A DNA stretch of 64,000 nucleotides from Orbicella franksi (Eukaryota): contig OZ116708.1 of NCBI GenBank assembly GCA_964199315.1, positions 20,274,001 through 20,338,000 on the forward strand, in the 5' to 3' direction. Positions 10,479 through 22,413 of the stretch are shown piece after piece (the stretch's first letter is position 1; each line of letters opens with the position of its first letter). The translations under genes were made by a program, and so were the position numbers. The notes under the pieces were generated by a model. It was not told the origin of the DNA. It did no database searches and saw nothing but the letters and a program-made list of their open reading frames with translations.

Positions 10479-11879
10479 AAACATCTAAATGCTTGTTATG
10501 ATGGTGAGAATTTCCTATAGTCTGCACTTACTTTGTCCTCGGACTTTTAAGATTTTGGCTTTTTTACGCTCTACGCGCTGATTTGTCTCCAAAAGTAGTG
10601 ACTCAACAGCAATCAGACTTGCATAGCATCTAAAGCATCCAAATGTGGCTATTTTAGTGATAATTACGTGTCAATCTTGAAGTCACATTTTATACTTATA
10701 CGTCATATTTCAAATTGACCATCTTGGATTTCAAACATTATTTAAATAAGTTGCAACAGCTCCAATTAATATTGTTTTCAAAACTGTAAAGAATTTGAAA
10801 TGTAATCTTTGTAACATCCAAAATGAATCAAGAACAGATATCTAACCTCAAGAAAACCGCGAAAGTGTAGTAAAAAAAGCTCTTTGAGATCTTGGTTGCC
10901 ATAGAAATGGCACGTCATGCGACCAAACGTTTGACAGATATGTACAAAAAATGTTCCCTGATAAATTTAGGAAAATTGACAAAATTCAACCATAATATCT
11001 CTTGAATGTTCTTTAAGTTGAAAAAGTTTGAAATAAGCCCGCGTCCATTTTTTCCTTTTTTTCCTTTGTCTTCCACCAAAGGTCAAAGAGGGCTTACCCT
11101 TGTACGTACATGCAAACTCATAACCCCATACGGACAGTACAGAGGAGGAGGGGGAGGTGGTTGGACCCCAGCATTTTCTCGTTGAGGTACGCTATTTTGA
11201 AACGTTTTACCCTTAATATAGAGAACCTGTCTCTGTCGCCTACAAGATGATGTTAGTATTATGGCATACCTGTGAAAGAACGCTGCTGGGCGCCCAGTGA
11301 CGTAATCCAACATGGCAGAAACTTTCAGATTTTTCCCTTTTTTGCATCGTAATTTTCGTATTTTGGCGTAAAACTTATATCTCTGACAGCTTCCAATATC
11401 ACATTATAATAACCATTAACTTTCTCGTAGCTCACGTACACACCTCACTTGTCCTTGGAAATCCCCTTAATGTGCGAGCCGATTTTCACCACATTCTCAG
11501 CAAATATGTCTCAAAGATAAACGAACGCCTACTTAAATGGACAAGTGCCTAGAGAAAATCCTGTTGACAAAGTTTTAAAGAGCCCGAGGGTGGAGTGGGG
11601 GCAGCAACCACTTACACAACTTACAATACTAACATTGCTTAAAATTCATTAATATCTCGCTTTACTTACAGATGATATCTTGTAATGTTTAAGGTTAACT
11701 AACTTTACGCACTTTGCTATATCATCTTGGCTAAATATTAAAACATAGTGATAACTGATAACTGTATTTGGAGCAGTTTTGGTAACAGTGAAAAAAGTGC
11801 TCGTTTGGTAAGTAATGTTTTCTTGACGAATAAATGACTCTTGATGGCAATCAGCTATACCGCTACGCTTTCGAGACAA

Positions 11880-12803
11880 CTAACCCGGGAAACAGTTCAC
11901 CTCCTTGATCGTGTCCTTCACTGCTCGCCTCACGTCTTTCAGTTTCCAACAGTACAGAAATGGATTCAACGTGGAGTTCAACAAAAGAAGGGTAATCGTT
12001 ACAGCATGAGCTTGGTGAAAAGTTGGTGAGTGTAATCCAAGCACGCCACGTAAACCTGTAACAACAGCAAATGGCAGATAACAAGCAAGTAAAGTCATTT
12101 GTACCCACAAAGCACTGGACACGGTCTTTCTGTATCGTGCTATATTCAATGGAATTCGTGCTTCACTTTGTTGTCCTTGGGACGTATTATTATGTAATCG
12201 AGCTTGGTGACGGTGAAGGGTAAGATAAATCTTCATATAACAAAATATGAAGGTTACTAGGCATGACAGCATTATTATGGAGGTAATCGTTTCAGCTATG
12301 CGACGCTTGTAAAGCATTGTTATTGAAAAGCCAGTGCTAAAAAGCCAAAAAGATACCACAAGGACCCATACTCGCCTCAAAGTTACCACTTGCCTGTATC
12401 TTAGCCTCAACATCAGGGCGAGAAGTCTGTCTACACTTATTGCCGTTATTGTTAACAAAGATACCCCACAGAAAATGTAACCTATCGTATTTGAAAGTAT
12501 GGTAGAATAGTAGCAAAGTTTGGAATGTTCTGGAGCGAAAATAAAGGTTACAAAAAGAGGATGTGAAATTAGACCCACGAAGAAATCGGTGCTTGCGAGG
12601 CAACCAAAGAGAAGTTTTGATGGCAGGTGAAGGGAAGAGACTTTTCGAAGAGCAACAAAAATCAGAACATTCCCTATTAAAGCAAGGATGGAAAGGAGAA
12701 TATTCAATGCTGAAATAATTGTTCGATGTGGTTCCTTAAGGCTCTCCAAGCAACAGAACTCTTGAATTGTCGTGCAGTTTCTAATTTCAGTAAAATTCGG
12801 CAT
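11880..12803 (-). CDS. Class A GPCR family 2 (cnidarian melanocortin/adenosine-receptor-like orphan), copy A, 307 aa
   Basis: Intact ORF with 7 hydrophobic segments: GNxL, LASTD, SVDRLLAL, RYR, CYLPF, NSTLNPFLYCW. Confidence 0.92.
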   Translation of the reverse strand: MPNFTEIRNCTTIQEFCCLESLKEPHRTIISALNILLSILALIGNVLIFVALRKVSSLHLPSKLLFGCLASTDFFVGLISHPLFVTFIFAPEHSKLCYYSTILSNTIGYIFCGVSLLTITAISVDRLLALMLRLRYRQVVTLRRVWVLVVSFWLFSTGFSITMLYKRRIAETITSIIMLSCLVTFIFCYMKIYLTLHRHQARLHNNTSQGQQSEARIPLNIARYRKTVSSALWVQMTLLACYLPFAVVTGLRGVLGLHSPTFHQAHAVTITLLLLNSTLNPFLYCWKLKDVRRAVKDTIKEVNCFPG

Positions 12804-12913
12804 TATGTTTTGTCTCGATAATTTTCCCTTTTCTTTCTGTTATCAAAATCTTCTTATCGTCTGGGTCGTTTTCGAGGAATCCTACTTCAGATGTTACAGT
12901 TTCATCTGTTTTT

Positions 12914-12930
12914 CCTGAAAAAAGAGAAAG
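12914..12930 (-). promoter_or_regulatory. Probable 3' splice acceptor of a 5'-UTR intron upstream of the family 2 receptor
   Basis: Minus strand reads tttctcttttttcag|GAAAAAC about 110 nt before the ATG. A pyrimidine tract plus CAG is kept at the equivalent site in copies B (about 28258) and C (about 48008). Confidence 0.5.
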
Positions 12931-15535
12931 TTTATAGTTAAGTGTAGAAAGTAGCTCTCCTAGACAACTAACATTGAGCAGCCCAGGCATTTGCATCTCA
13001 CTTCTTATGTCGTAGATCATGGAGTTACATATGCCAATATGCGAGTAATAAAGAAGAAAAAAAGGCAACAGTTTTACTATGAGCAACAAACTATTCTTCA
13101 ATCAGAACAGTGCCTTGGTGTTTCTATAATTCTGTTGTGGTTTCTGCCGTGGGCTCCTGGCCGTGGGCTAAATCGCGTTTTTTTGTGAGAATTACAACTG
13201 CCTTTGCGCGTCGTTTAAACAAAGATCAATGAAATTTGGAGAAGAAATTTGGCGAAAAAAAACTCGTATGAGTTCGTTGTGAAGACAAAACTCCACCCTG
13301 ATAAAATATGTTAAGAATCCCGGGCTAAAAAAAGCAAGTAAAGAGGAAGGATCGTTCCATGATAGCAACAAGAAGGAACTCACCGCTAGCGACAAAGGCC
13401 CAATGTTCGACCAACCTGTGGCCTTCAGAAGGTTGTAATTATAGTACTCCAGTAAACGCTCGCCCAACTGAGTTTCTAACAGTTTCCGCGTTTTGTTTCA
13501 GATCGGCGTTTGATCGATTTTAGTTGCTAGTTGCGCACTCGTTTCTTCTACGGTTTTTTTCTCTTTCGCCGAACCGGAGTGCTTTGTTACTACTCAGTTT
13601 TCCAGTGGCAGAAGCCTTTCTGTTGTGTCTCAAATTCCCATCATCGCAAATCAGTAAGAATGTAAAATAGTATTTTCCAGCAAATTGCAATGGCTTATTT
13701 CTATTAGGACTATCTTGTTCCAAGCTTGTATTTCATGACGATATGACAGTACGATACGAAGGTATGACAGCTTTGACAGTTTTCTTGGTAAGGTGTAATC
13801 AGCTTGCGATTCTTTAAGGGATAAAAACTCGGGCTTTATTTTTGACTTAATTCCTTTCCTTTAAGCGAATTAATAGGGTGTATAGATTTGGGTAAATTCT
13901 CACGAAAATTGGCTAAAATGTTCCTTGATTATCAATGTGCCGAAGTGTTTTCTTTTTTGACATTTCAAATACTTTCTTTCTTAGGCCCTCTCATGTCACG
14001 AAGATCGGCCAACTGATATTATATTCGTGTAATTCAACATTTATTTCCTCATTAGCCAAAACGAATATCGAACAAACCTCACGCACTTTTTGCAGTCGTC
14101 ATTTGCTAATTATTGGCATGATTCAGCTTGTTTTATCGTATGCGAGAACACGAATCCAGGTAACTGAGTTCAGCAACCACTGTCAGTCTTGCGCCCGCTT
14201 ATCAATAAATAAAGTCTTCAAAATAGTTATTCTTTTGATTCTAAATGTGATTGGCTTTACGTTGATACAGTTCTTTTTATATAGTTTTGGTAAAAGCGAA
14301 CAGGAAGTTCTCCTGAGGGTCTAAGGTAACCTTAAGATTAAGATGCAAAACATTATCTTCCCAAACTTCGTGTTTGATGACATTATTTTACTTCTCCTAG
14401 ACGTTTTTGCAGCATTATGTTATACCAGCGGATGAAATCTTGAGTGAGTCGACATACATTATTGATGTGGTTACCATTTTTTCCTTGATTCAGTTAACAG
14501 AACTCTCTAACTAAACTTACAGGCTGCTGTGGAATAATTTTTAGAATATGAATACAGCACACCAAACAGAAATGAAATATGTATATGTAAATGTTTCCCA
14601 CAAATTCAGGCTGTAGCACGCAATGACACTTCGTAATTTACATTTCCATTTTGTTTGTTCAACTGCTTACCTAAGCGATGGGTATCTGATCTTCTGGAGG
14701 CCTCTTTCAGCAAAATGCAGTCTTCTTAACTTTGATGAAAAAGAAAAAAAAAAAAAAAAAAAATTCACAACTGCCGCTTATTATTTTTATATTATATATT
14801 ATTATTATTATAATTGTTATCGTAAGGTGATGTTCCATTTCCGTGAGCAAAAATGAATTGAACAAATATGTTGACCAATGTCTCCATTTTGATTACTGAA
14901 AAAGATGTCTTCTCCGAGCAGAGTGCAAATAGACTTTCACTAACAGGAAATCAAACTTCCGGCCCTTGGTGGTCCTGATTACTTTAGGTTGAGACTTTTT
15001 CGTTGACATTTCCGTGGATCTATCTTGTGTGGCTTTAGACCAATGTCATCAAATGTCAGCTTGATGATTCCATTTCCGTAAAGAAGCATCAACGCATCCT
15101 TTGTAACGAACCTTGAGCTAATAGATATGTCTCCTGCGTTATCATTTTCATGCAATTATTCAGTCCAATCAAACCTATTTGTTTCGGGCAAAGATACTTG
15201 CAAGACATAGTTTCTTTGCAAAGTCGAGAAGGGAGGAAAATTGCTCTACTGGATGACATAAAGAAAGTCATCTCTATCACCGCCAAACAAACATGACCGC
15301 CACTGGTAGTCCAGCTGTTTTAATTAAATTTCTTAGAATTGTTTTCCTACGTGATTCAATAACATTCATTTCAAGCATAAATCGAATTCAAATTCAGATC
15401 CAGTTTTATCTCTCAATTCAACTGCTTTTTTAATCATAATGAGACTGGTACACTGACAATAACCCTATTTCACAGCAATGAAGCACCTGCTGGTGACGGA
15501 AACGAGGTCCAATATAACATGCATTGGTACTTTAA

Positions 15536-17221
15536 GGTGGCTCGATACAGTTTTTTTCTGAGCCATGCTAAGCATTTTCAATTGGCGTTTTACTAACCTT
15601 CCCTTACTCTGATCGATGTGGAAATTACACCAGTTTTTGGAAAAAGATTGAAGTTTGGTTGAAAGTGGTTTTTAAGGTAGTTGATATTTTCATGGAAACG
15701 ACAAACCAAAAATATGAATATCGGTAAAACATGAATTTTGTACGAACCAAATCTGTTATCAAAAATCTGATGCCAATTTCTGAAATTATGATGTATGGCA
15801 AAGGAATATGCAAAAATAATAAAATTCTGTATGTTTGATTTCGAACAAATCGTAAAAACATTTCAAACCGTGCTTTTTGTTTAATTAAATTAAACGGACT
15901 GAAAGAAGAACGCGATTTTAATGAAATTGCCCCAAAAGACACAAAAATGTGTCTTGAAGCTATGTTTTGTTTTGAAGCCATGAAAGGTTTGTTGGTTTGT
16001 GTTTTCTTGATCTCAAGAACGAGACTTTTTCTCAACGTCACTTCCATAATAAATGTAGAACAATTTTCGATTTTCAGTGCTTTTTGTAAAATCTTAGAAA
16101 CGGCTCGATAGATTATTTTAAAACGTTAGATCTATGTGTGTAACATTCTCCCGTGATCAGTACATTTCGCTACAATACCTGAATGCAAATTTGCGGGATG
16201 TTTTTTGAAATACGGATCAAGGGGACTTTTGGCCCTTCTTTCCATAACAGCGAAAGGACTGTTCAGAAAGAATTCCAAAGCTCTACCTTGAGTGACAAAG
16301 AACAGGAAGGTATTGGGGAAAATAGTAATTTTTTTTTTCAGGAGAAAAAGGTCTGAAAATTGCGCACAAGTAATGTCGTCAAAAAGTCAATCAAGGATAA
16401 ATCGAATTATTATTTAAAATATGCATCAATGAAATGTATAGATCACGGAGGAATGTTACACACATAGATCTTAATATTTTTTTAGCATAATTTGTTTTAG
16501 ATCGGGATTTTGTAACGCAACTTTTTCGTGGGTTCGAGTGCCTACTTCATCGACAAATTTAAAAGTGTTCCAGTGTATCGATGCTAATGAAACTTTGGAA
16601 TAAAATTGTTAACATTATCAGGCATACACGATTAACGTTTTGAAATATTCTATCGAGCCGTCCTTAAGAGTTTAGAAAAAGTGCTTAAAATCGAAAATTG
16701 TTCTAAATTTATTATGGAAGTGACGGTGAGAAAAAGTCTCGTTCTCGAGATCAAGAAAACACAAACCAACAAAACTTTCGTCGCTTCCAAACAAAACTTC
16801 AAAATACATTTTGGTGTCTTTTGGAGAATTTTCATTAAAACAGTGTCCTTGCTTCAGTCTATTTAATTTCATCAAACAAAAAGCATGGTTTAAAATGTTT
16901 TTTGCGATTTATTCGAAATCAAACCTATAGAACTTTTTTATTCTTGCATATTCCCCCTGCCATACATCGTAATTTCAGAAATTAGCATCAGATTTTCTAT
17001 AACAGATCTGGTTCGTACACAATTCATGCTTTACCGATTTTCATATTTTTGGTTTATCGTTTCCATGGAAATATCGATTACCTTAAAAAACATATTCAAC
17101 CAAACTTCAATCTTTTTCCAAAAACTGGTGTAATTTCCACATCGATCAGAGTAAGGGAAGGTTAGTAAAACGCCAATTGAAAATGCTAGGTATGGTACAT
17201 TAAAAACTGTATAGAACCACC
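15536..17221. mobile_element. Kolobok-type foldback non-autonomous element, about 590-bp TIRs, TTAA TSD
   Basis: TTAA|GGTGGCTC...GAACCACC|TTAA. 15536-16128 is an imperfect reverse complement of about 16633-17221. Empty site at about 50685 in unit C. Confidence 0.88.
16129..16470. mobile_element. 342-bp MITE nested in the foldback element
   Basis: TIR GATCTATGTGTGTAACATTC(TC)CGTGATC / GATCACGGAGGAATGTTACACACATAGATC, flanked by TTA on the left and TTAA on the right. Confidence 0.7.
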
Positions 17222-17443
17222 TTAAAACCAACCAGAACGTAGTTAGAAAACTGCAGTTTCTTACAGTTGTTTACTTATTGTGCTCTGCCAGACCCCATAG
17301 TTAAGAAAACCGTACATTGAATACAGTTATTCAACTCATTACAGATTTAAATTTCTTCTTTTTAACGGCTAAGCACACCTTCTAAAAGTCTGGATATGGT
17401 TGGCGGGATCTCAATTATCGTTTAAATTTTAGGTGATAAAATA

Positions 17444-17600
17444 GGGCGCTATCCATTCGACCAAAAATTCCGGTGGGAATTTTTGGAAATATTCTGGGGC
17501 GAGTAGAACAGAATTTTTCAGAGTCACTGGAAAACGAGCCGCGCAGGTTTGTTCGCTTTTCAGTGAAATTTTTCAATGACTTCGAGGCTTAATCGCAAAT
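17444..17600 (+). mobile_element. 5' fragment of a Harbinger-like MITE (also at about 32789 and 50907)
   Basis: GGGCGCT(A/T)TCCATTCGACCAAAAATTCCGG start resembles common anthozoan MITE termini. Right end not seen. Confidence 0.35.
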
Positions 17601-18644
17601 ATAGAAGTAAAAAGAACACGGATAAGTTGGCATGTGAGTTTTTATAGATCACTAACGCAGGGACTTCACTTACACAAACCACAATGGCAGCGAAAACGTC
17701 GCAAAACACTTATGACTAATTATGGCGTCACGATAATTAAATACAACGCACTTAGTTTTCGAGAATAACGAGTTTTTCCAGTTAGCTTGGTGAAAAAAGA
17801 GAATAGTTGCCATTGGGAAGCTTCTCAAAAAAATCGACTTCTGTGGATTAAGCAGGTAAGACGATCGTACTGAAAGTGACAAATGTTCAAAACTGCATTT
17901 TTTTTACCTTAACTTTCCAGCTGAAGAAAAGGAAACTTGTTCTTAGAGCAAAAAGCTGTTGACTTCATTCACAGTTGTTATCATCGTCTCAAATGAGTGG
18001 CTTTAGTTTGGAGAAAAACAGATTTCGGTCAGTCGTTCTGACCTGCTGTGGCGATCAACGCATCCACTGCGTTTACGATTCTTAACTGCCTTGAACACGA
18101 GTTCTTGAGAGGATTTTTGGTGCAAGGGCAACAGCGGTCATTTTGAAAATTCTCCATCCTTTCAAATATCGTGGACTTAGAGTGATGTCTTCGGAATAAA
18201 TGAAAAAGTCATTCAGCAACTGCCCACCATGTTTACTTGCCGAGATGGCAAAGATGGCGAGCTTAGTAGCCAGGCCTCGAAAATGTCATGTAAACCGCCT
18301 GGCGCGGTGAATATAAGGTCATATAAGGAATCGCTCAACCAATCAGATTGCTGGAAACTCTTTGTTCAGCTCTGAAATTATACTAAAATTTAATATAATC
18401 GGTCTAGCGGGATAGTGGAACGGTTCAACCTCGATTCTCACTTTTTGAGATCTGCTACACCGACCGAAGAATCAAACCGCCTGGATTCATCTTATCGCCG
18501 GACTGTGACGTTTTTAAATTGAGTTTCGCAGCGATAGATATTTGTCCTAGCCTTATCATGTGCTGACGTCTAACGACTTTACTACAAATATATGGCAAGG
18601 AAAACACATTTCTGTTCATTTAATCGATAAATCAACAGTCCTCT

Positions 18645-19201
18645 AAATCTGGTTCTCACATGACCTCACTAGAATTCAAACTACAAAACTATTGATCCTC
18701 CTGAGATTTTACTGTCTAAGAGCAGCTGAAAAATAATATTCGTACAAGTTTTTTGAATGGGTTCTTGGTTTTGTAATAGACTACGCTTGAATTTCTAAAG
18801 CTTCTTCGCGACGCGGCATTTACATGACGGGCAAGAGAGCTGTCATGTTGGTTAAAAAAGTCACTAATTTCGGGGAATTTGGTTATCTGAACAGTTCATG
18901 TATTAGAAAGAGTAGTATTTTTAAAATTTTCTTGAGTTCCTCGAGAGATAAATTCACGCTTTTGCAACAAAACTCGGTGACGGATGTTTCTGTTGGTTCC
19001 GGCCGCCATGTTGGTGTACATCAGGATGGGCAACAGCATGGTGTCTCCATGAAAATCTCTATAAATTTGGGTACAAAATTTCACCGCATATCTTGCATAA
19101 GAAAAATTGCTGTGACCCGAATCTTGGCGAGAGTCTTTGCATCTTTACCTTCTTTCTTTTCAAGATTCTGGACTTTATCTATTGAGCTGTTTTGAGTTTT
19201 G

Positions 19202-19238
<37 letters not shown>

Positions 19239-19244
19239 GCAATA
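18645..19244. mobile_element. About 600-bp non-autonomous TIR element
   Basis: Left ctggttctcacatgacctcact versus right gtgacactgaaaaccagcaata (inverted match), with an internal ccgccatgttgg motif. Resembles a high-copy coral MITE. Left tip eroded. Confidence 0.6.
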
Positions 19245-19357
19245 GAGTAATTAGATACCCAAACGATGTGGCGGCGGTGTTCTGTGACGTAATTTGTATT
19301 AGCTTACTTTTTAAGTTAAGAGTTGAGGATAATTTACTATTCCATGACAATATTATA

Positions 19358-20510
19358 GGCTATCTGACTTAGAAACTCTCATCTGTCGGTTGTTAGAGAT
19401 TTTGGCGGGAATTTCGCGTATTTTCCGTCATTGTGCGCTTCATGATACCTCTTTCTACGCCATGCGGTCTTGCAAAGACAATTTCAAAGTGCCCATTGCA
19501 TTCACTTTAAAGAAGAAAGAATCGGTCGCTTTGAAGGTCTTCCACAATTTGAGTGGAATAATCTCTACGAACAATATGTGATAGAGCAAGGGTCACTTGG
19601 GGCCGCTTTTATCACAAAAACCAGGAACAAGGACAGAGATTCGAGCCCGAAGGTGGAAAACAGTGGTTGTCAAGAAATCACCTGCTTTTAAAGATTCCCG
19701 CTTAAATAAGATTCCCTATTTTAAAGATTCCCACTTTTAAAGATTCCCCGTTTTAAAGATTCCCGGTTTTAAAGATTCTCGGTTTTAAAGATCCTCGGTT
19801 TTAAAGATTCCCGGTTTTAAAGATTCCTGGTTTTAAAGATTCCCCATTTTGAAGATTCCCCCTTGTAAAGATTTCCCGTTTTAAAGATTCCCGCTTTTAA
19901 AGATTCCACGTTTTAAAGACTCCCGGTTTTAAAGATTCCCCATTTTTAAGATTCCCGCTTTTAAAGATTCCCCATTTTAACAATTCCCGCTTTTAAAGAT
20001 TTCTCATTTTAAAGATTCCCGCTTTTAAAGATTCCACGTTCTAAAGATTCCCGGTTTTAAAGATTCCTGGTTTTAAAGATTCCCCATTTTGAAGATTCCT
20101 CCTTGTAAAGATTTCCCGTTTTAAAGATTCCCGCCTTTAAAGAGTCCCACTTTTAAAGATTCCCCATTTTAAAGATTACTACTTTCAAAGATTCCCCGTT
20201 TTAAAGATGTCCGCTTTTAAAGATTCACCGTTTTAAAGATTTCCGCTTTTAAAAATTCCCCATTTTAAAGAATCCCCATTTTAAAGATTCCCCATTTTAA
20301 AGATTCCCCATTTTAAAGATTCCCGCTTTTAAAGATATCCCGTCTTAAAGACTCCCGCTTTTAATGATTCCCGATTTTAAAGATTCCCGATTTTAAAGAT
20401 TCCCGATTTTAAAGATTCCCGATTTTAAAGATTCCTCATTTTAAAGATATCCCGCTCCCCGTTCCCCATTCCTATTCACCGATTTCCCGTTCCCTCTTTT
20501 AAAGATAGCC
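19358..20510. mobile_element. TIR element (GGCTATCT...AGATAGCC) carrying a kinase-like ORF relic and a 16-bp satellite
   Basis: 8-bp terminal inverted match and subterminal ccccgttccccattcc repeats. Internal relic reads LPQFEWNNLYEQYVIEQGSLGAAFITK. No TSD visible. Confidence 0.5.
19686..20454 (+). repeat. Tandem satellite, unit about 16 bp (TTTTAAAGATTCCCNN), roughly 45-50 units
   Basis: Directly visible tandem array. Confidence 0.97.
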
Positions 20511-20825
20511 GAGAGCTAGCTGCTATTGACTCGGTGATTGACCGCTTTCTCCGGTCACCACCGCACAATAAGACCTTTTTAATAATCGCCGACCCTGTTT
20601 TTACTAAAGCACATAATATAAAGTACTAGAGAATTTGTAAAAGACCTGAGGAAGACAGGCAAAATTGCCAGCGTAGTCTATAAGAAACCAATTTCCAGTG
20701 AGCAGATAAGAAACTGTGCGACATGGCCGAGCTCGGACCGGCCGAGGGCAAAAATCCGGTCTCTTGTTTGGCTCTTGCGAAAAACCCCTTAAGGAGTTGA
20801 GTAGTTTGAGTTATACAAGTCAGCT

Positions 20826-22413
20826 GTACTACCTTACCTTACTTATTGTCACCTAGTGTGGCACTTTTGCAGAGCTAGCGATGCACGAAAACTTGAACGA
20901 CTACAGGAAAGGGGCTTGAGGGCCGTTTACAAGGACAAGCATGCTAGCTATACTCATCTACTGGAGAGAGCCAAGTTGCCAACTCTAGCGAACAGGCGTT
21001 TACAAGACATCTGTATTCTCATAGGTCAAGGTCAAGGTCAACTTTATTTAGGCAGGGTGGCCCAATCAGCACTTGGCTGGTATCAAAAGGGGCCCTGCGT
21101 AAATTAAGACTACATTAAATTTCTATACATAGAGATTAACGTTTACAATTATAAAAAATTAAAAATAAAAACTACTCTCTAAAATAAAGTCTAAGAAGAT
21201 TTTTAAAAACGGGGAGCGATGTTGCTTCTTTTATTGTAGTGGGTAAATTATTAAAATGAAGCGCACCAGAGTATCTGAAAGTCCTTTTCCCTAGCGTTAA
21301 CTTGGGTTTCGGCAAGTGCATGTCGTTCCTTTTCCTCGTGTTGTAAGAATGAACGTTGCAATTTCTAATAAAATAATCCGACAAATATGGAGGAGCTAAA
21401 TTATTTAAACATTTAAAAACTAAAATGCATTTGTGGGCTTTTCTTTGGGTTTCCAAATCCACCCACCCTAACATTTTAAAAGATCCTTCGGTTGTTGCCC
21501 TCCTTTGTATAATGCGTGCTGCTCTGTTTTGCAGACGTTGCAAGCTGTTACTGCAACCGATTGACAGCCCATCCCATACCGTGTTAGTGTAATCAAAAAT
21601 CGGCTGAACTAAACAATTATACACGCATTTAGCAGCTTTTAGAGTAAGGTAGGGTCGTATGCGTGACAGCAGGCCGAGACGTTTTCTTACTCTCTTACAA
21701 ATCAATTCTACATGTTCGTTCCATGAAAGATTCTCATCTAGTGTTACCCCTAAATAACAGAAGCTTGATACTCTGTCAATGTTTTTCCCGTGAAGCTCTA
21801 TTTTATAGTCTGGACAGTGTTCTAGTTTTTGCCTAGTTCCAAACAGCATCCATTTAGTTTTACTCTGATTGAGTATCAGCCTGTTGCTTACTAACCATTT
21901 CTCAACATTGGTAAGATCGTAAAGATCGTAAACAAAAGATAGACTATGTCCTAATAGCATCTGTAACATTTTTAACGAGCATACTTCCGCATACAACCTG
22001 AGACAATCAGATTTTTCTACTCCTAGATACAACACTGTTACTTATGGGAAGCACTCTGCCTTATGTAGGACCCAAATTCAGGGGGAAACTGTCTATGACT
22101 GACACATCAGCCAAGACACTGCCGGCTTTTACAAACTATATTCGCAAAAGGGATATAACTCGCTTAATGGACACCGGCTGTAAGGACTGCATCCTATGCT
22201 GCACATAATGCCCTTCAAGTCATTCATTTTTTTGATGTATTAATATTAGTATTAGAATAGTTTTTTAGCAGTGTCCCTAATTAGTATGGTGTATTATTTC
22301 CAGGGTATAAGGTTTTTGACACTTTAATAAAGTTCTCACTGACTCACTGACTCACTGACTCACTGACTCACTGACTCACTGACTCACTGACTCACTGACT
22401 CACTGACTCACCG
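20826..22413 (+). mobile_element. 5'-truncated LINE (CR1/L2-group RT C-terminus) with (ACTCACTG)n tail, containing a nested LINE
   Basis: Reads WHFC..SD.RKLERLQERGLRAVY...NRRLQDICIL. AATAAA precedes the microsatellite tail. TSD AAGTCAGCT (20817-20825) / AAGTCAACT (22414-22422). Confidence 0.85.
21023..21938 (-). mobile_element. 5'-truncated LINE (L2/CR1-group RT C-terminal domain), nested antisense, unit B only
   Basis: ORF reads W...NRL.LN.SKTK.MLFG...CYLGVTLD..LSW..H...FDY...W...LQRLQNRAARII...GKRTFRYSGA..FN.LP. AATAAA plus a (TTGACC)n tail at the left edge. Absent from the homologous LINE at 35949-36599. Confidence 0.9.

Noticed and set aside
10221-10527. ORFs spanning the N-runs (also 25554-25872)
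   Set aside because: Artefacts of translating N.
16531-16541. Pol III B-box-like GGTTCGAGTGC (tRNA or SINE)
   Set aside because: No matching A-box or cloverleaf found; an isolated motif in the transposon spacer.
15625-17231. Several 60-140 aa ORFs recurring on both strands
   Set aside because: Mirror images produced by the long inverted arms. No recognisable domain.
19686-20454. CRISPR-like short repeats
   Set aside because: Only 1-3 variable bases separate the repeats, so this is a simple satellite.
21939-22035. N-terminus of the 287-aa RT ORF (21172-22035)
   Set aside because: These codons are the antisense of the outer LINE. The nested LINE is 5'-truncated at about 21938, so the start codon is fortuitous.
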